A stretch of DNA of 63,784 bases, counting the filler, from Reticulomyxa filosa (lineage: Eukaryota > Protista > Foraminifera), in NCBI GenBank assembly GCA_000512085.1. It is 20 parts of 20 records of this genome, joined end to end, with 100 filler letters (N's around TTAATTAATTAA, not from the genome) between each part and the next. Parts side by side here need not be neighbours in the genome. Positions count along the whole stretch, not along the records: positions 4,392 to 15,749 come from ASPP01014315.1; positions 15,850 to 19,482 come from ASPP01002237.1; positions 19,583 to 27,205 come from ASPP01027832.1; 17 more parts are not named here. One strand, 5' to 3'. The notes beneath the pieces are model-generated. The model saw only the letters and a list, made by a program, of their open reading frames with translations, searched no databases and had not been told where the DNA came from. The position numbers and the translations under genes are program-made. Positions within the stretch are counted from its first letter, which is position 1, and each line of letters begins with the position of its first letter. Shown here one piece after another: positions 12,209 through 24,080 of the stretch.

Positions 12209-14744
12209 ATGTCCTTCAAAGCGTATTTAAATGAAGAAGCAAAAGCACATAAGATAATATTGACGGAATTGACGATTGAAAGTTTAAGACGTGAAATTAT
12301 CCAAGTTACAAAACTGGTACATGCAGACGACGTACTAACAACAATTACAAATAAGAATGGTCGCAATGTTGAAACTGACAGAGATGTGGTTGACGTGTTT
12401 AAAGATGACCCCGCCGTTTTTACTGTCCAATTTCAACAAAGTTTCTTTTTATTAAAAAAATTATTTTTCTTTGGTTAATGAATTTTGCTTTTTAGTTAAA
12501 ATGACCACATAATATAACAAATAGAAGAAATCACAGCAACATTACAAAGCAAAATAACATCAACCTATAAAATAAAATGTCCATTGGTGTTATTGACAGG
12601 AGCGATCAAACATGAGCAGTACCCAAACCTGGAAAATGTCAAACAAGATCTCATTTTATTGAAGACTCTATTTGAACAAAGATTTGGTTATCAAGTATTC
12701 AGTACATATGATCCACAAATTTCCACCACGGAATCTCTCACTGCGGATGAGCTAAGCAAATTAATTTTAACATATTGTTTGGATTTGGAAGATGCCACTG
12801 AGCACAACGACAAAAAAACCGCTTATGATGGTTTGATCTTTGTGTGGCGTGGATATGGAATATGCGGTACCAGTGAAAATACTTTGATCACAAGTGATAA
12901 CAGCATCAAACATTTCAAAGATATCCAAGATATTTTTATAAAGCAAATGCAATATTTTGTGGAAAAGCCAAAGATATTTATCATAATTGCAAACAAGATA
13001 CAAGACAAAACCAATCAAATCGCAGGCTATCAAGAATACGACAATACAAAAAACGACATATGGTACAATCAAGATGGAGATTTGTTCACATTGTTTGTAA
13101 CTACATCAGCGAAATTGAAAATTGAAAGTAGAGATTATTTTGTAGAGGCTTTTTGTCAGATCGCGGAGAGTAATGTCAATCAAGGTTTGGACTTTATCAT
13201 GAAACAGCTTATCAAGCTTGTCGGCAATCCAGTTTCAGATGGAGATGCCGTCCGACCTATTTCCAATATTCGTTCTGATATCTTTTTAAGTGTGAGGTCA
13301 AGTAATTATCAAATGCAAAATTATGATTGTGATAACGATGAGGATGAAATCAAGCACGACATATCCACAAGTATGGACAATAAAATTCCGGAAATATTGG
13401 ACTTCAAATATCACTGGAACAAAAATTGGAGACAAGCAAATGCTGAAGCTGTGAAAATAGTTGAACATATGATACATGCAAATGAACAAGGATTGATTAT
13501 TGTTGCCTGCAATGCCTCTGAATGGAAACATATGGATAATAATTCTTCTTTATTCATTTCATTAATAAACAAGGAGGAAATGAAAAAAGAAATATTTGGG
13601 GATTATTGTTTGTATGTGGTTAAAAAAGAATTAATAATAGTCGATGAAGTAAAGATTGATGGAAATGTATATGCTATTGATTGTGAAATTCAATGGAAAG
13701 GAAATGTAAATATTACAGCACAGTTATTTGTTACAAAGAAGGTTACAATGAATCAGCAATTAAAACAATCTATTTCATCGATTCAATGGAATACTAAAAT
13801 ACATCATGATATTCCAGTACGACTTTATGGTCTAGAATATAAAGAAGAACAATGTTTAGAAAAAAAATGTTTTGACGATGCAATTGTTCATTTGCAAGAG
13901 CATTTGCAACTTTCAACTAATGCTTTCGGTTTAAATAATCCTTATGCAGCAATTGCATACAACAAAATCGGATGTGCATATGACGATAAAGGCGATTATG
14001 ACAAAGCAATCGAATTTTACGAAAAAGCTTTGAAAGTTATATTTGAAATGTTCGGATATAATTACAATATTGTTGCACAATTGTATTATAATCTTGGAAT
14101 TACTTATAAAAATAAAAAGAATTATGACAAAGCGATGGAATGTTATAAAAAATCTTTGGATATCAGAACAAGCATTTTTGGATCCAAAAATTCTCAAATT
14201 GCCGATTCGTACAGTAGTTTAGGGAATATATTTTTTAAGCAACAACAGAATGAAAAAGCAATAGAACATTACAACAAATCATTGGAAATCAGATTAAATA
14301 TTTTTGGATTTAATCACAGTGATGTCGCTTGGCTATATTATAAATTAGGAAAAGTGTATAGTAGAGAAGGACAAGACGATAAAGCAATTGATTGCTATAA
14401 TAATTCATTGCAAATTCGAATACATTTATTTGGAACAAACAATAACGACGTTATTAACTCATATCATAGCTTAGGATATGTCTATGTTAGCATAGGAGAA
14501 TGTAAACAAGCAATTGATTGTTATGAAAAGGAATTGAAGATAAAAAGAGAAATATTTGGAAATAAAAGTAAAGAAGTCGGAGATTCTTGTCGCCATTTAG
14601 GAAATATATTTAAAGTAATAGGAAAAAAGAAAATAGCATATAAATATTTTAAAGAGTCTTGGATGGTATACAGTATTGCACTAGGAGAATGGAACAAAAT
14701 AACTATGAACGCAAAAAAAAAAGATTAAGACATTGCATAAATGA
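12209..14744 (+). CDS. PB1-like domain + caspase-like (peptidase C14 fold, catalytic dyad substituted) + TPR-repeat protein
   Basis: Exon 12209-12440, intron 12441-12524, long exon 2. Caspase-fold motifs PLVLLTGAIKHEQYPNLENVKQDLILLKTLFEQRFGYQV, YDGLIFVWRGYG, KPKIFIIIANK. About 7 TPRs of 42 aa (AYNKIGCAYDDKGDYDKAIEFYEKAL). Stop at 14728 as assembled, or ~14744 if the A-run is one base too long. Confidence 0.85.
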
Positions 14745-16199
14745 TATTGTGACAATTTTATAATTTGTTATAAGTTTTCACGATCAGAAGTCACAAGTAA
14801 TCTACTTCATACATTTGTATTTTCAAATATTAAACTGATAAAACAGCGCATCAATACAAGCGATGCAGTTTCTTTTTGATATTCGCTAATATAACCTTTC
14901 AAACTATGTCTAGTATAATTTTTTGAAAATAATGTTTTATATAATCAACCTAAAAAAGAAAGAATAAGATTTAGTTCGATCTTTTTGCCTTTTGAAAAAT
15001 GAAAATTTATTTGGAAAAATATTACTTTTAATTACAAAATACATAGCATCAATCAATCTGGACCTGATCCAATGATATCACAACTGGAACAGGTTGTTCT
15101 ATTTTAAAGTGAATTGGGATTTTACATTTGATCAATTCACCTTCGATAAGTTTTATAGTTGGTATAACTTGCCAATATGATTGTGCTTTTATTTTTTGAA
15201 TATTTACTTGAGTGTATAACAACAGCAATACGATTGTGTCAATCAGTTATTGCACCAAAACGAATATGACACTAACATCTTAAACTAAATACTTGTATCC
15301 ATATGATAAATCTGTTGCAGCATAACCATTTAGTCTATCTTTATTTTTATTTTATATGTCAATCAAAAAACACTTTGCATGTACATATACACATTTATAC
15401 ATGCATATATGCATGCTCATTAAAACGTACAAACATATATCATGTATGTCACTTTGGACGAAATGTACGCTACAAAGTTATTATATTGTTCCCAGATGCA
15501 TTCATGTCATAGTGCTTATGATAAATCACCGATTTGCAATATCAATAATAAATTTGGCCAAATTCTATGCTAAATGCGAATACTAGAAGTTGATTTGTTA
15601 GAATTGCCTTTGTTAGTGCCTCACAATTTTCATCTTTTTATAGTAGAAAACCCAACTAATACAAGTGTCTTTTATACTTTGTTATTGATATTTCTTGTTT
15701 ACTAAATACAGTAGATTGCAAAAAAAACTGCCATATCTAAATGGCACTANNNNNNNNNNNNNNNNNNNNNNNNNNNNNNNNNNNNNNNNNNNNTTAATTA
15801 ATTAANNNNNNNNNNNNNNNNNNNNNNNNNNNNNNNNNNNNNNNNNNNNCCATTTTCCATTCCATAACATACACACTTTTGGTGGAATAAAATGTCTTGT
15901 TCTATATCTATTTAAAATGATTTATTATATCATTTATATATTTATATATTTATATCATTTGTTTTATTAACAACAAAATAGATACATACATGATTCCACC
16001 ATTAATAATATTTCCACAGATGTAATAATTTAATATGTGATATTGATAATATTTTGTCATCATATCAATAATATTGCAACTGATTTTACTTTTTATTTTG
16101 ATCACTTTGTATTAATTTTTTCTTAGAACTAGTTTTAGACATTTCAAAATTATTTTTGCATTTTCTTCAAAATTTTGATTTCTTATAATATATTTTATT

Positions 16200-17520
16200 T
16201 TCCAATTTGAAAATTATTGGCATCATTTAATGTTAAAATAAACCAAACAACAGCATTGAGAAACTTTTTAGGTTTGCTGTAATTTCAAACAGATATCAAA
16301 CAATCCAGTTGAACTATACTGTTCTAAATACAAACATATTAGTCAGCAGTTACTGTATCTTTTCCTTGTCAGTCAATCTTTTAAAAAAAACAAATTTATG
16401 CGAACGCACAGATTTTGAATAACAATAATTTGTCCATATTTCATTGGACTTGGTGCCAATGCCATAATTACACATGCTTCACGAGAGCTTCCTAAAATCA
16501 TTTCTTCTTGTGTTCCAGAAATTCCAAATCCAACATAAGAATTTGCAAAATTAACCACAAATTCAATTGTTGTGATTCATTATAATCAAATAACATATTA
16601 TTTGCATGATCATATAAATGTATCATTATTATTACAATCAATTATATTTTCAAAATTAAAATTATCATCTTTCCAAGTAATTTTTCAAAATGACATTATA
16701 TTTTGCATTTCATTATCATTCAATGACATATGTACAAAATAATGAAATAAGCAAATACACAATTGTTTGATTCTTTACAATGATACCATATATCAAAATT
16801 ATTCCAATATTTATTTGTTAATTCATTGATTGTTGTAAAAAACATATATGTCAATAAACACCAAATTTGTTTTTGATTTAATTTTATTCTTTGTTTTATT
16901 ATTCTTTTTTTCTTCTTTTTTTTCTTCTTCTTTTTCATTTATTTTTCCCTCTTCCTTCTTCCATTCTACAATGTAAGATTTCTCAAATAATTCTTTCATC
17001 TCCAATGCTACATTTTTATTATTATTATTTTATCATTTGTCTGTTTTAACATACAATACATAAAAAAATATGAATTTATATTAATTGATAGTGGCAATGC
17101 AACATAAAATAATGATGTGCACAGACAATTCAGTGTAGATTTCAATGATTCAAATGGTGAACTTTTCATTAGCTTGTTTTCATTTGTTTTTTTATCATTG
17201 TTCAATGAACTTTGAATCACATTTATTCTGTCTGTTATCACTGTTTCAATACTTTGTGTCACATAAATCTCCAATGGCCATTCTTTTTTCGATAATTTTG
17301 ACAATAATATTTCATGACATTGGGATAATACTTTTTTTTTTTCACTCATTCCATATCTCATTATAGTTTGTTAATGTATTTGATTTTTGCTTGTTGAAAG
17401 AAACTCCCATTTTGGTACTTCCAACGAGTCATAGTTTCCTGTCAAACGTAGAGGATCGTTATAAGTTTGTGAATCATGACAAGGTAATATCAATACATCA
17501 GTAGTTGTTGAAAAATCTTC
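16200..17520 (-). pseudogene. PARG-like (poly(ADP-ribose) glycohydrolase) pseudogene
   Basis: VVNFANSYVGFGISGTQEEMILGSSREACVIMAL...PM..GQIIVIQ matches PARG VDFAN..GGG...QEEI.F...PE. Downstream IVQLDCL resembles the PARG iAiDAl motif. Multiple stops and frameshifts; limits approximate. Confidence 0.65.
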
Positions 17521-19582
17521 CATTATTATAGGAGTGAAACCTTTGCGTCTTTTTACAATAAAAACATTAAATCAATTTTAGAAGAGTTTCCTATGGGTGG
17601 AGGTGAATAAAATTATATGCTGAAATGTGAAGTTGTAAAAGAAGCAAAGCTTGATTATTTTGAAGAAATAATCTGATATTAAATAATTGGATTTGATCTT
17701 TGTTAATCAAAAAAGGATTATTGATGGATTTAACAAAATTATTGGAAATATATACACAAACAAACATTTTATGTATTAAAAATATTTCATAATTGATTAT
17801 TTATATCATTCTTTTCATTGAATTTTTATCATTTGTTAAATGAACAAGAAATCTATATAAGAGTAAAGGATGTCAATGTCATCTTACAAATACCAACCAT
17901 AAATGGATGACAAGTAAAGGCTTTAATTTTTTTAAAAAGGATCCCTATAATGCAATTTTAAGTAATAAGGGAACGATGGGTTAAAACCGTCTTTAAGCAC
18001 AACTTGCTTTTGTCTTATTGTTTTTACTCATTTTCCTTAATTGTGTTGTAATTTGTTGTTAATTTATTCCTTTTTACTGAAATTGATTTTTGGAACTAAA
18101 TTCCTTTCGTATTACACTTAGTCCACCTCACTATCCCTACAGGATTAAGAAAGTATAACAGTAAAAATTGCTTATGTTCAAGACAATTCTTTTCAAAAAA
18201 TCTGTAAATAGTCTATTATCATGTCACAGAGTAATTGAAACTGAACACACAAGAGCATTATTGGAGGTATTTCCAACAGTGAAAGGGCACTGCTTGTTAA
18301 GCAATGAAAGTAAATGTATCATATAATAATGGCAGAGTTTAAAAGAAATAGATTCCAAGGAATTTGATCTTTCAAAACAATGACCACGAACAAAGAAGCT
18401 TCTGAGATTCTTACTGTCATGGAATCATTTATTGAGCAAGAAAATAGTCCAACTACTTTCTTCTGTTTATACAAACATATAAGAAAAATTTTCTTTTTTC
18501 AATTCATATTTTATTAAAAAAAAATCATTTCAAAGCATTTCTAGCACGCTTTATATTAAGAATAAATCGGAACACAAAAGTTAATTTTTTACTGACAAAT
18601 AACATTGTACTTACTATCTTGTTTATCATCTAATGATAAATTAAATATTATTGAAAGTCTGCTGAATAATATTAAACAAAAAAAATATATATGTGACAAT
18701 ACAAATAATTTTTATGATATTAATCTCTTTGACGTTTATTAATCAAAATTTTTGTCGTGCAAACATATTTTTCATTGAGAAATTGTTCTGTGCATTTTTG
18801 TCTACAATAATTTCAATAAATGACTTTATAAATTTTAAAATGGTAATTCATTTCCTTATTGTGACTATTATAACAAAAAATGATATAAATGGTATCCCCT
18901 TTTAAGATAAGCAATGATTTTTTCTAAACTTTACTTGATTTCTGTATTTGAAGTTTAAAAAATGTTTTTTTTTGTTTTTTTTTTCATTGACAAAAATTCA
19001 AAACTTTAATAAGTAACTTATATTATTTTAATTAAAAGAAGACAGTAGACATTTGGAATTCATTGAAACAAAACTCTGTTTGATCTCTTTTCTTATACTT
19101 TCTTCTTCAAAGAAAAGAGTTTTTTTACAAACTAGGTCATTGCATATCGACACTTTTAGATAATTTTAGATTGTATTCATATCTTTCAACTTTTTATAAA
19201 GATAATATTATTATGTTTAATTTAAATACATTTCAATTTATTAAACATTGATATTGTACCAACTAAAGATTTTATCAATTATCATTGCTTTGTATCAAAA
19301 GTTAGAAAATAGACAAGAAATGGAAAAAAAATAAACAAAATTATCAGATGCAATTGATGAAATTGAAAAGTGTTGGTATCTTTATCATATTATATTGATA
19401 ATCTTGTCTTTCCACAAAACAATAGCATTATTTCTTTTTATATATATATATATATTGTCAGAGGGATGGAATGAGATGAACGNNNNNNNNNNNNNNNNNN
19501 NNNNNNNNNNNNNNNNNNNNNNNNNNTTAATTAATTAANNNNNNNNNNNNNNNNNNNNNNNNNNNNNNNNNNNNNNNNNNNN

Positions 19583-19994
19583 GCGTTTTCTTTTTTTTCA
19601 TTTTTCTCTTGTTGTTGTTGTTGTTGTTGTTGTTGTGGTTGTTGCAATCCTTCGTTCATAAGAACCATCACTTCTGGCGATGCGTGGTACGATTCTGGGG
19701 TTGTAAATTCTTCATTGTCTATGCTCGTTTGCTGAAATATTTCTTTGTTAGAGGTATTCTCCTCTATCTTCGTGCTATTCTCTTGTTGGCTTGTCTGTGT
19801 TTGATTGCCTTGGTTGTCCTTTGTCTTGTCCACCTATTATTGTTATCACTGTGCCTCTCCATACTCTTGCAGGTTATGCATTTTTTTTTTTGCTTTATCC
19901 CTTGCTCTTTCTCAACAACTCCAAACCCAAACGATTACAAGTTCTCAACTCGACTAAAGTCAAAATCATCCATTAAAGATGCAAACGGATCCAT
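19583..19994 (-). CDS. 5' fragment of a hypothetical Q/E-rich protein (runs off contig)
   Basis: Possible exon MDPFASLMDDFDFSR, an intron, then VDKTKDNQ...QQQQQQQQEK up to the spacer. Confidence 0.4.
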
Positions 19995-20622
19995 GACTAT
20001 ATCCAAGGCTTCCACTAGGAATTCCCTACTTCAAAAGTATCACTTTCTTTTAATTTCTAAAAAACTTCAGTTGCTCTTTAAGTTTCAATTTTTAAGCTTG
20101 CGGTCAAAAACAACCGAAAAAGAGCCAGAAGCAACTTGCCTTTGCAAATTACATTGATAAATTTTTTAGCATGAGACAATTTCTCTTCCTTCTTTTTTAT
20201 TATTTTTATTCAATTGGAAAACAATTTAGGCTTGAGAAAATTGTTTTGGATTCTTCTTGATCCGACACTTGAGTTTATTCCACAAATGATTGATCGGGTT
20301 CATGTCTGATGATTATACCGGCAACAGACATTAAGGTTGTCATACTAGAAGATAATTTCAGTTTTTTTCGTGTTATACTATTTCAAAGTTTCATTTATTT
20401 AAAATAGTCGAAAAATTCAGAGCCAAGTGTTTTATAAATTCAATTCATACATGAATGCCACCTTGTGAATTTCTCCCATAAAAAAACACCTAAATATAAC
20501 ACACTACACAAAATTTTTTGAAATTTTTTGTATTTTAATTTTATTACTTGATTCAAAACACACAACAGGTTTTTTGGTGGTAATCTGCTGTCTCTTGGAA
20601 CAACAGCAGGGCCCCTTTTCGC

Positions 20623-21028
20623 TCACATGGATGCCATGTTGGAAGGCAACGTCCCAAATTCGGTTGTGTCCAGGTCGTTGTCGCTGTTGGTGTCCGCCTG
20701 CTTGAAGGCAATCTTCAAGATCTTGTTTATCTTTTGGAGCATTTCCACACACTTTTGGTCCTTGTCCTCTTTGATATTGCAAATCGACTTTCTCTTTATC
20801 TTCGAATTCGACGTCATCGTCAGTGTTGTTCTCAGCGTTGTCGCAGTCGTACGAGTTATTTTTCATATGCGCCCACATTGTCCAGCTCACCCGAATTCGA
20901 TCTTTCTTCAATGCCCATTGTCTTTTCTTTTGATCAAGTTTCGTCTTCTCTTTGCAATTGTTATTATCACTGTCGGTCTCGTGATATGATGTCATCTTTC
21001 TGGATTTCGTATTTTTAGTGGGTGTCAC
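20623..21028 (-). pseudogene. EF-hand-containing gene remnant
   Basis: LKIAFKQADTNSDNDLDTTEF is a canonical EF-hand loop. It lies in a different frame from the acidic upstream segment; locally higher GC. Confidence 0.45.
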
Positions 21029-21855
21029 ACTAACACTTCTGGAGTTGTCTAAATTTTAGCATTTAAAAAAAACAAAGACATACACAATGCGTAGGTGATT
21101 GTGAATATATGTGTATTGAAAAGGTGCAGATTGTGACAATATATTTATGTGTGAAAGGAATATTTCTGAAGAAACTGCAGTTTGCACACATAATAACCAT
21201 ATACCAACTGTGGACGGATCGATATTATTGTTGTAAAATTACTACAACGTCGACTTACTGATCTTGGTTCACACTAGATAAGTTTGAAAGAAAAACATTT
21301 TTCTTAAAAACTTGTTAAATTGGAAAAATTGATGCGTTCATATATTACTGCATAAAAATAGTTGGATGTATTTAGTACAATACATGTAAAGAATATTATA
21401 TCAAAAATCGAATTTTTATCATTCTTTTAATTATTTGAAAATTGATATCTTTAACAAGCGATAAATATTATTGGACTTCAATTTAATGTCAACAACAATT
21501 TTTTTTACGTTATGATAACATTTAAAAGAGATACATTGAAACATGAATTTAAAAATAGAATACTTCAATTCGTTTGGAACAAGATCAATGAAGCATTGTG
21601 GTGTTTGAATCAAGATGCATATCAATGCTTTTTAAAATAGTTCCTCCTGGTGAATGTTGTTTGAAGTGACAGCGAAACAAAAACTAAAACAAAATGTCAG
21701 TTGTTTTGATTGAAAATTATTAACACGTATTTTTTATTGAATTATTAAAGTTTTATATGTGCAAAATGATTATCTTCAGCATGTGAAGATGATTTTAACT
21801 CACCGGGGGTCCCATTGTTCCATTAGTATTTGAGATTATACAATATGGACTTACC

Positions 21856-21897
21856 CTACATAGTCTTAATTTTGATATCAAAATTAAGACTATGTAG
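21856..21897. repeat. Perfect 42-bp palindrome (no spacer)
   Basis: ctacatagtcttaattttgat|atcaaaattaagactatgtag: the right arm is the exact reverse complement of the left. Confidence 0.97.
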
Positions 21898-22275
21898 TTT
21901 TTTTGTTAAAGAAAAAAATGCGGGATTTGCGAGTACTTTCGTAAATAATCTTGATATCATACACTATCGAGGTAATAATTAAAATAAAGCAATATTTGAA
22001 AAAAAAATCACATTGTATTTAATATATATCAAACTAAAGATATCAGTACTTAAGATCATCATAAAGAAACACAATAGTACAGTGACGCTATGTCTCTGAA
22101 ACGTTAGAAAGCGCTAAATTCCTTCGTTTAAAATATTTCATCTTACATTATCTCACAACGATATCATGAGAAAAACAATAAAAGTTGAAAGAATGAATAC
22201 ACGTACTAATGAAAAAAATTTTTAATGTCTTTAAGCTTTCTTTATATTTATGTTATTTTATTTTTGATTGAAATA

Positions 22276-23313
22276 GTCAGAAAAAGAATAGCTTCAAGCC
22301 ATTCATTATTAAACATTAAATTATGATGAATTAATGATTTTGACAAACTTATTGCCAATTATGTTATGTTTTTTTTTTATTCGATTACAATCAAAATACA
22401 ATATTTACTTGTAATTGCTACTTAATACATGCAATTAATATTTTCATGTTTGATATATTTCATTAGCCATCTAAATTACTCAAAACATTGCGTGGACATA
22501 CTAATTGTGTATGCAGTATTGACTATACAACATTTTATGGTATACAATTTATTTGTTCTGCATCACACAATTGAGCAGTTCGTGTATGGAATGCAGATAC
22601 AAATAAATAAATTCAATTATTTGACCATTCAATCTCTGTGATATGACAAAACAGTTCGCTTATGGGATGTTGAAACATCCAAAACATTTCATGTTTTTAA
22701 TGGACACACAAATATTGTCTGTTGTGTCGATTTTTCAATATTGTAATGCAATATCAATAAAAGTAGCGGTATTGTCATTAGTTTGATTGATAATAATAGA
22801 TATACAATTTGTTCAGGATCATATGATAACACAATTCGTATATGGGATATTGAAACAACCAAACAATTTATTATCTTCAAAGGAAATGAAAATGCATTGC
22901 AAAGTGTAAAATATGAACCAAATGAATTAGGGATTAATGGTGGTTCAAATACAATATTATCTGGATCGAATGATAGAAGTATTCGTTTGTGGGATCAAGT
23001 TTTTAATGGGTATACAATAGAAGTATGGTCTGCTGAATATTCACTATTTGTAGTAAATAATATGAAATTTAGTGTTAGTCCAAATGTAATATGCTCTGGA
23101 TCAGTTGATAATACAATTCGTTTTTGGGATATTCGATCAAATAATGATGAATTATATATTATCAAAGGAAATACCAAAGAAGATAGTGGAATATTGTGTC
23201 TTAAATTTTTATTGAAAAAAAAAGAAAAAAGTACAATCAAAAGGCAAATAGTGGTGCTAATTTATATTATGGTACAAGAAAAGGTCTTATTCGAGTTTGG
23301 GGATAAATTTTAA
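22276..23313 (+). pseudogene. WD40-repeat pseudogene
   Basis: Decayed KL**INDFDKLIANY exon; DKTVRLWDVET, CSGSYDNTIRIWDIET, CSGSVDNTIRFWDIRS; stops, deletions and frameshifts. Confidence 0.8.
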
Positions 23314-24080
23314 TGAAATATTTTTGAATTTACTAATCAATTTTAATGAATTTATTTTGTTTGTCAATTCACAATTTATTCGTTTCATATGAGTGCTGTT
23401 TATTTTTAAAACTTTATCTTTTAATGAACAAAAATTACTTGTGAAGCAACGTAGTGGAACATTTTGATGTTTTTTAATATTTGTATGAATAAAGTTCATT
23501 TTTAAGTATTCTTGTTAATACATTTCAATTTATTGAGCATATTTTGACGAAGAAAGAAAACGATCAGACAAACAATTTTGCAAAAGGACATCGATTTGAA
23601 TGAAGAAAGGATCGCAACAAAATATTGAGTATTTGGAAACCGATATGAAAATTCACATGACAAATTTTCGACTTAGTTCTGTAACAATAATTTAATATAT
23701 CATCGGCAAAAAAATATTTTAGAGTTGTTTTGATTATTTAGATTTTTCTCGCAAAAGTGAAATGTTTATGATATGACATTTAAAAAATGCGATTATTATC
23801 TGTAGTTTATTGTTCCTTTTTCAGCTGTACAAAATATTTTTAAAACTGACTCTATTCATATTGAAACTAATCATCGTCGACAAAAAAAAAAATTGCGTAA
23901 TTCATCTTCAATAAAACAGTAAAAAAATTAAAATATTCCTCCACGTTGTTCGATGTCAAGCCATTTGTATTTTTCCAAATACTATTTTTCATCGATAAAC
24001 CAAAATCTTGAACACCCACTTGCCAAATGCATTTTATTAAACCAACATCAGCGGCATGATCCGCCTCATTATTCATACCC

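Noticed and set aside
15729-15749. Small hairpin tgccat-atctaa-atggca followed by cta at a contig end, Helitron 3' end-like
   Set aside because: A 6-bp stem is expected by chance, the spacing to CTRR is wrong and the sequence is truncated by the spacer.
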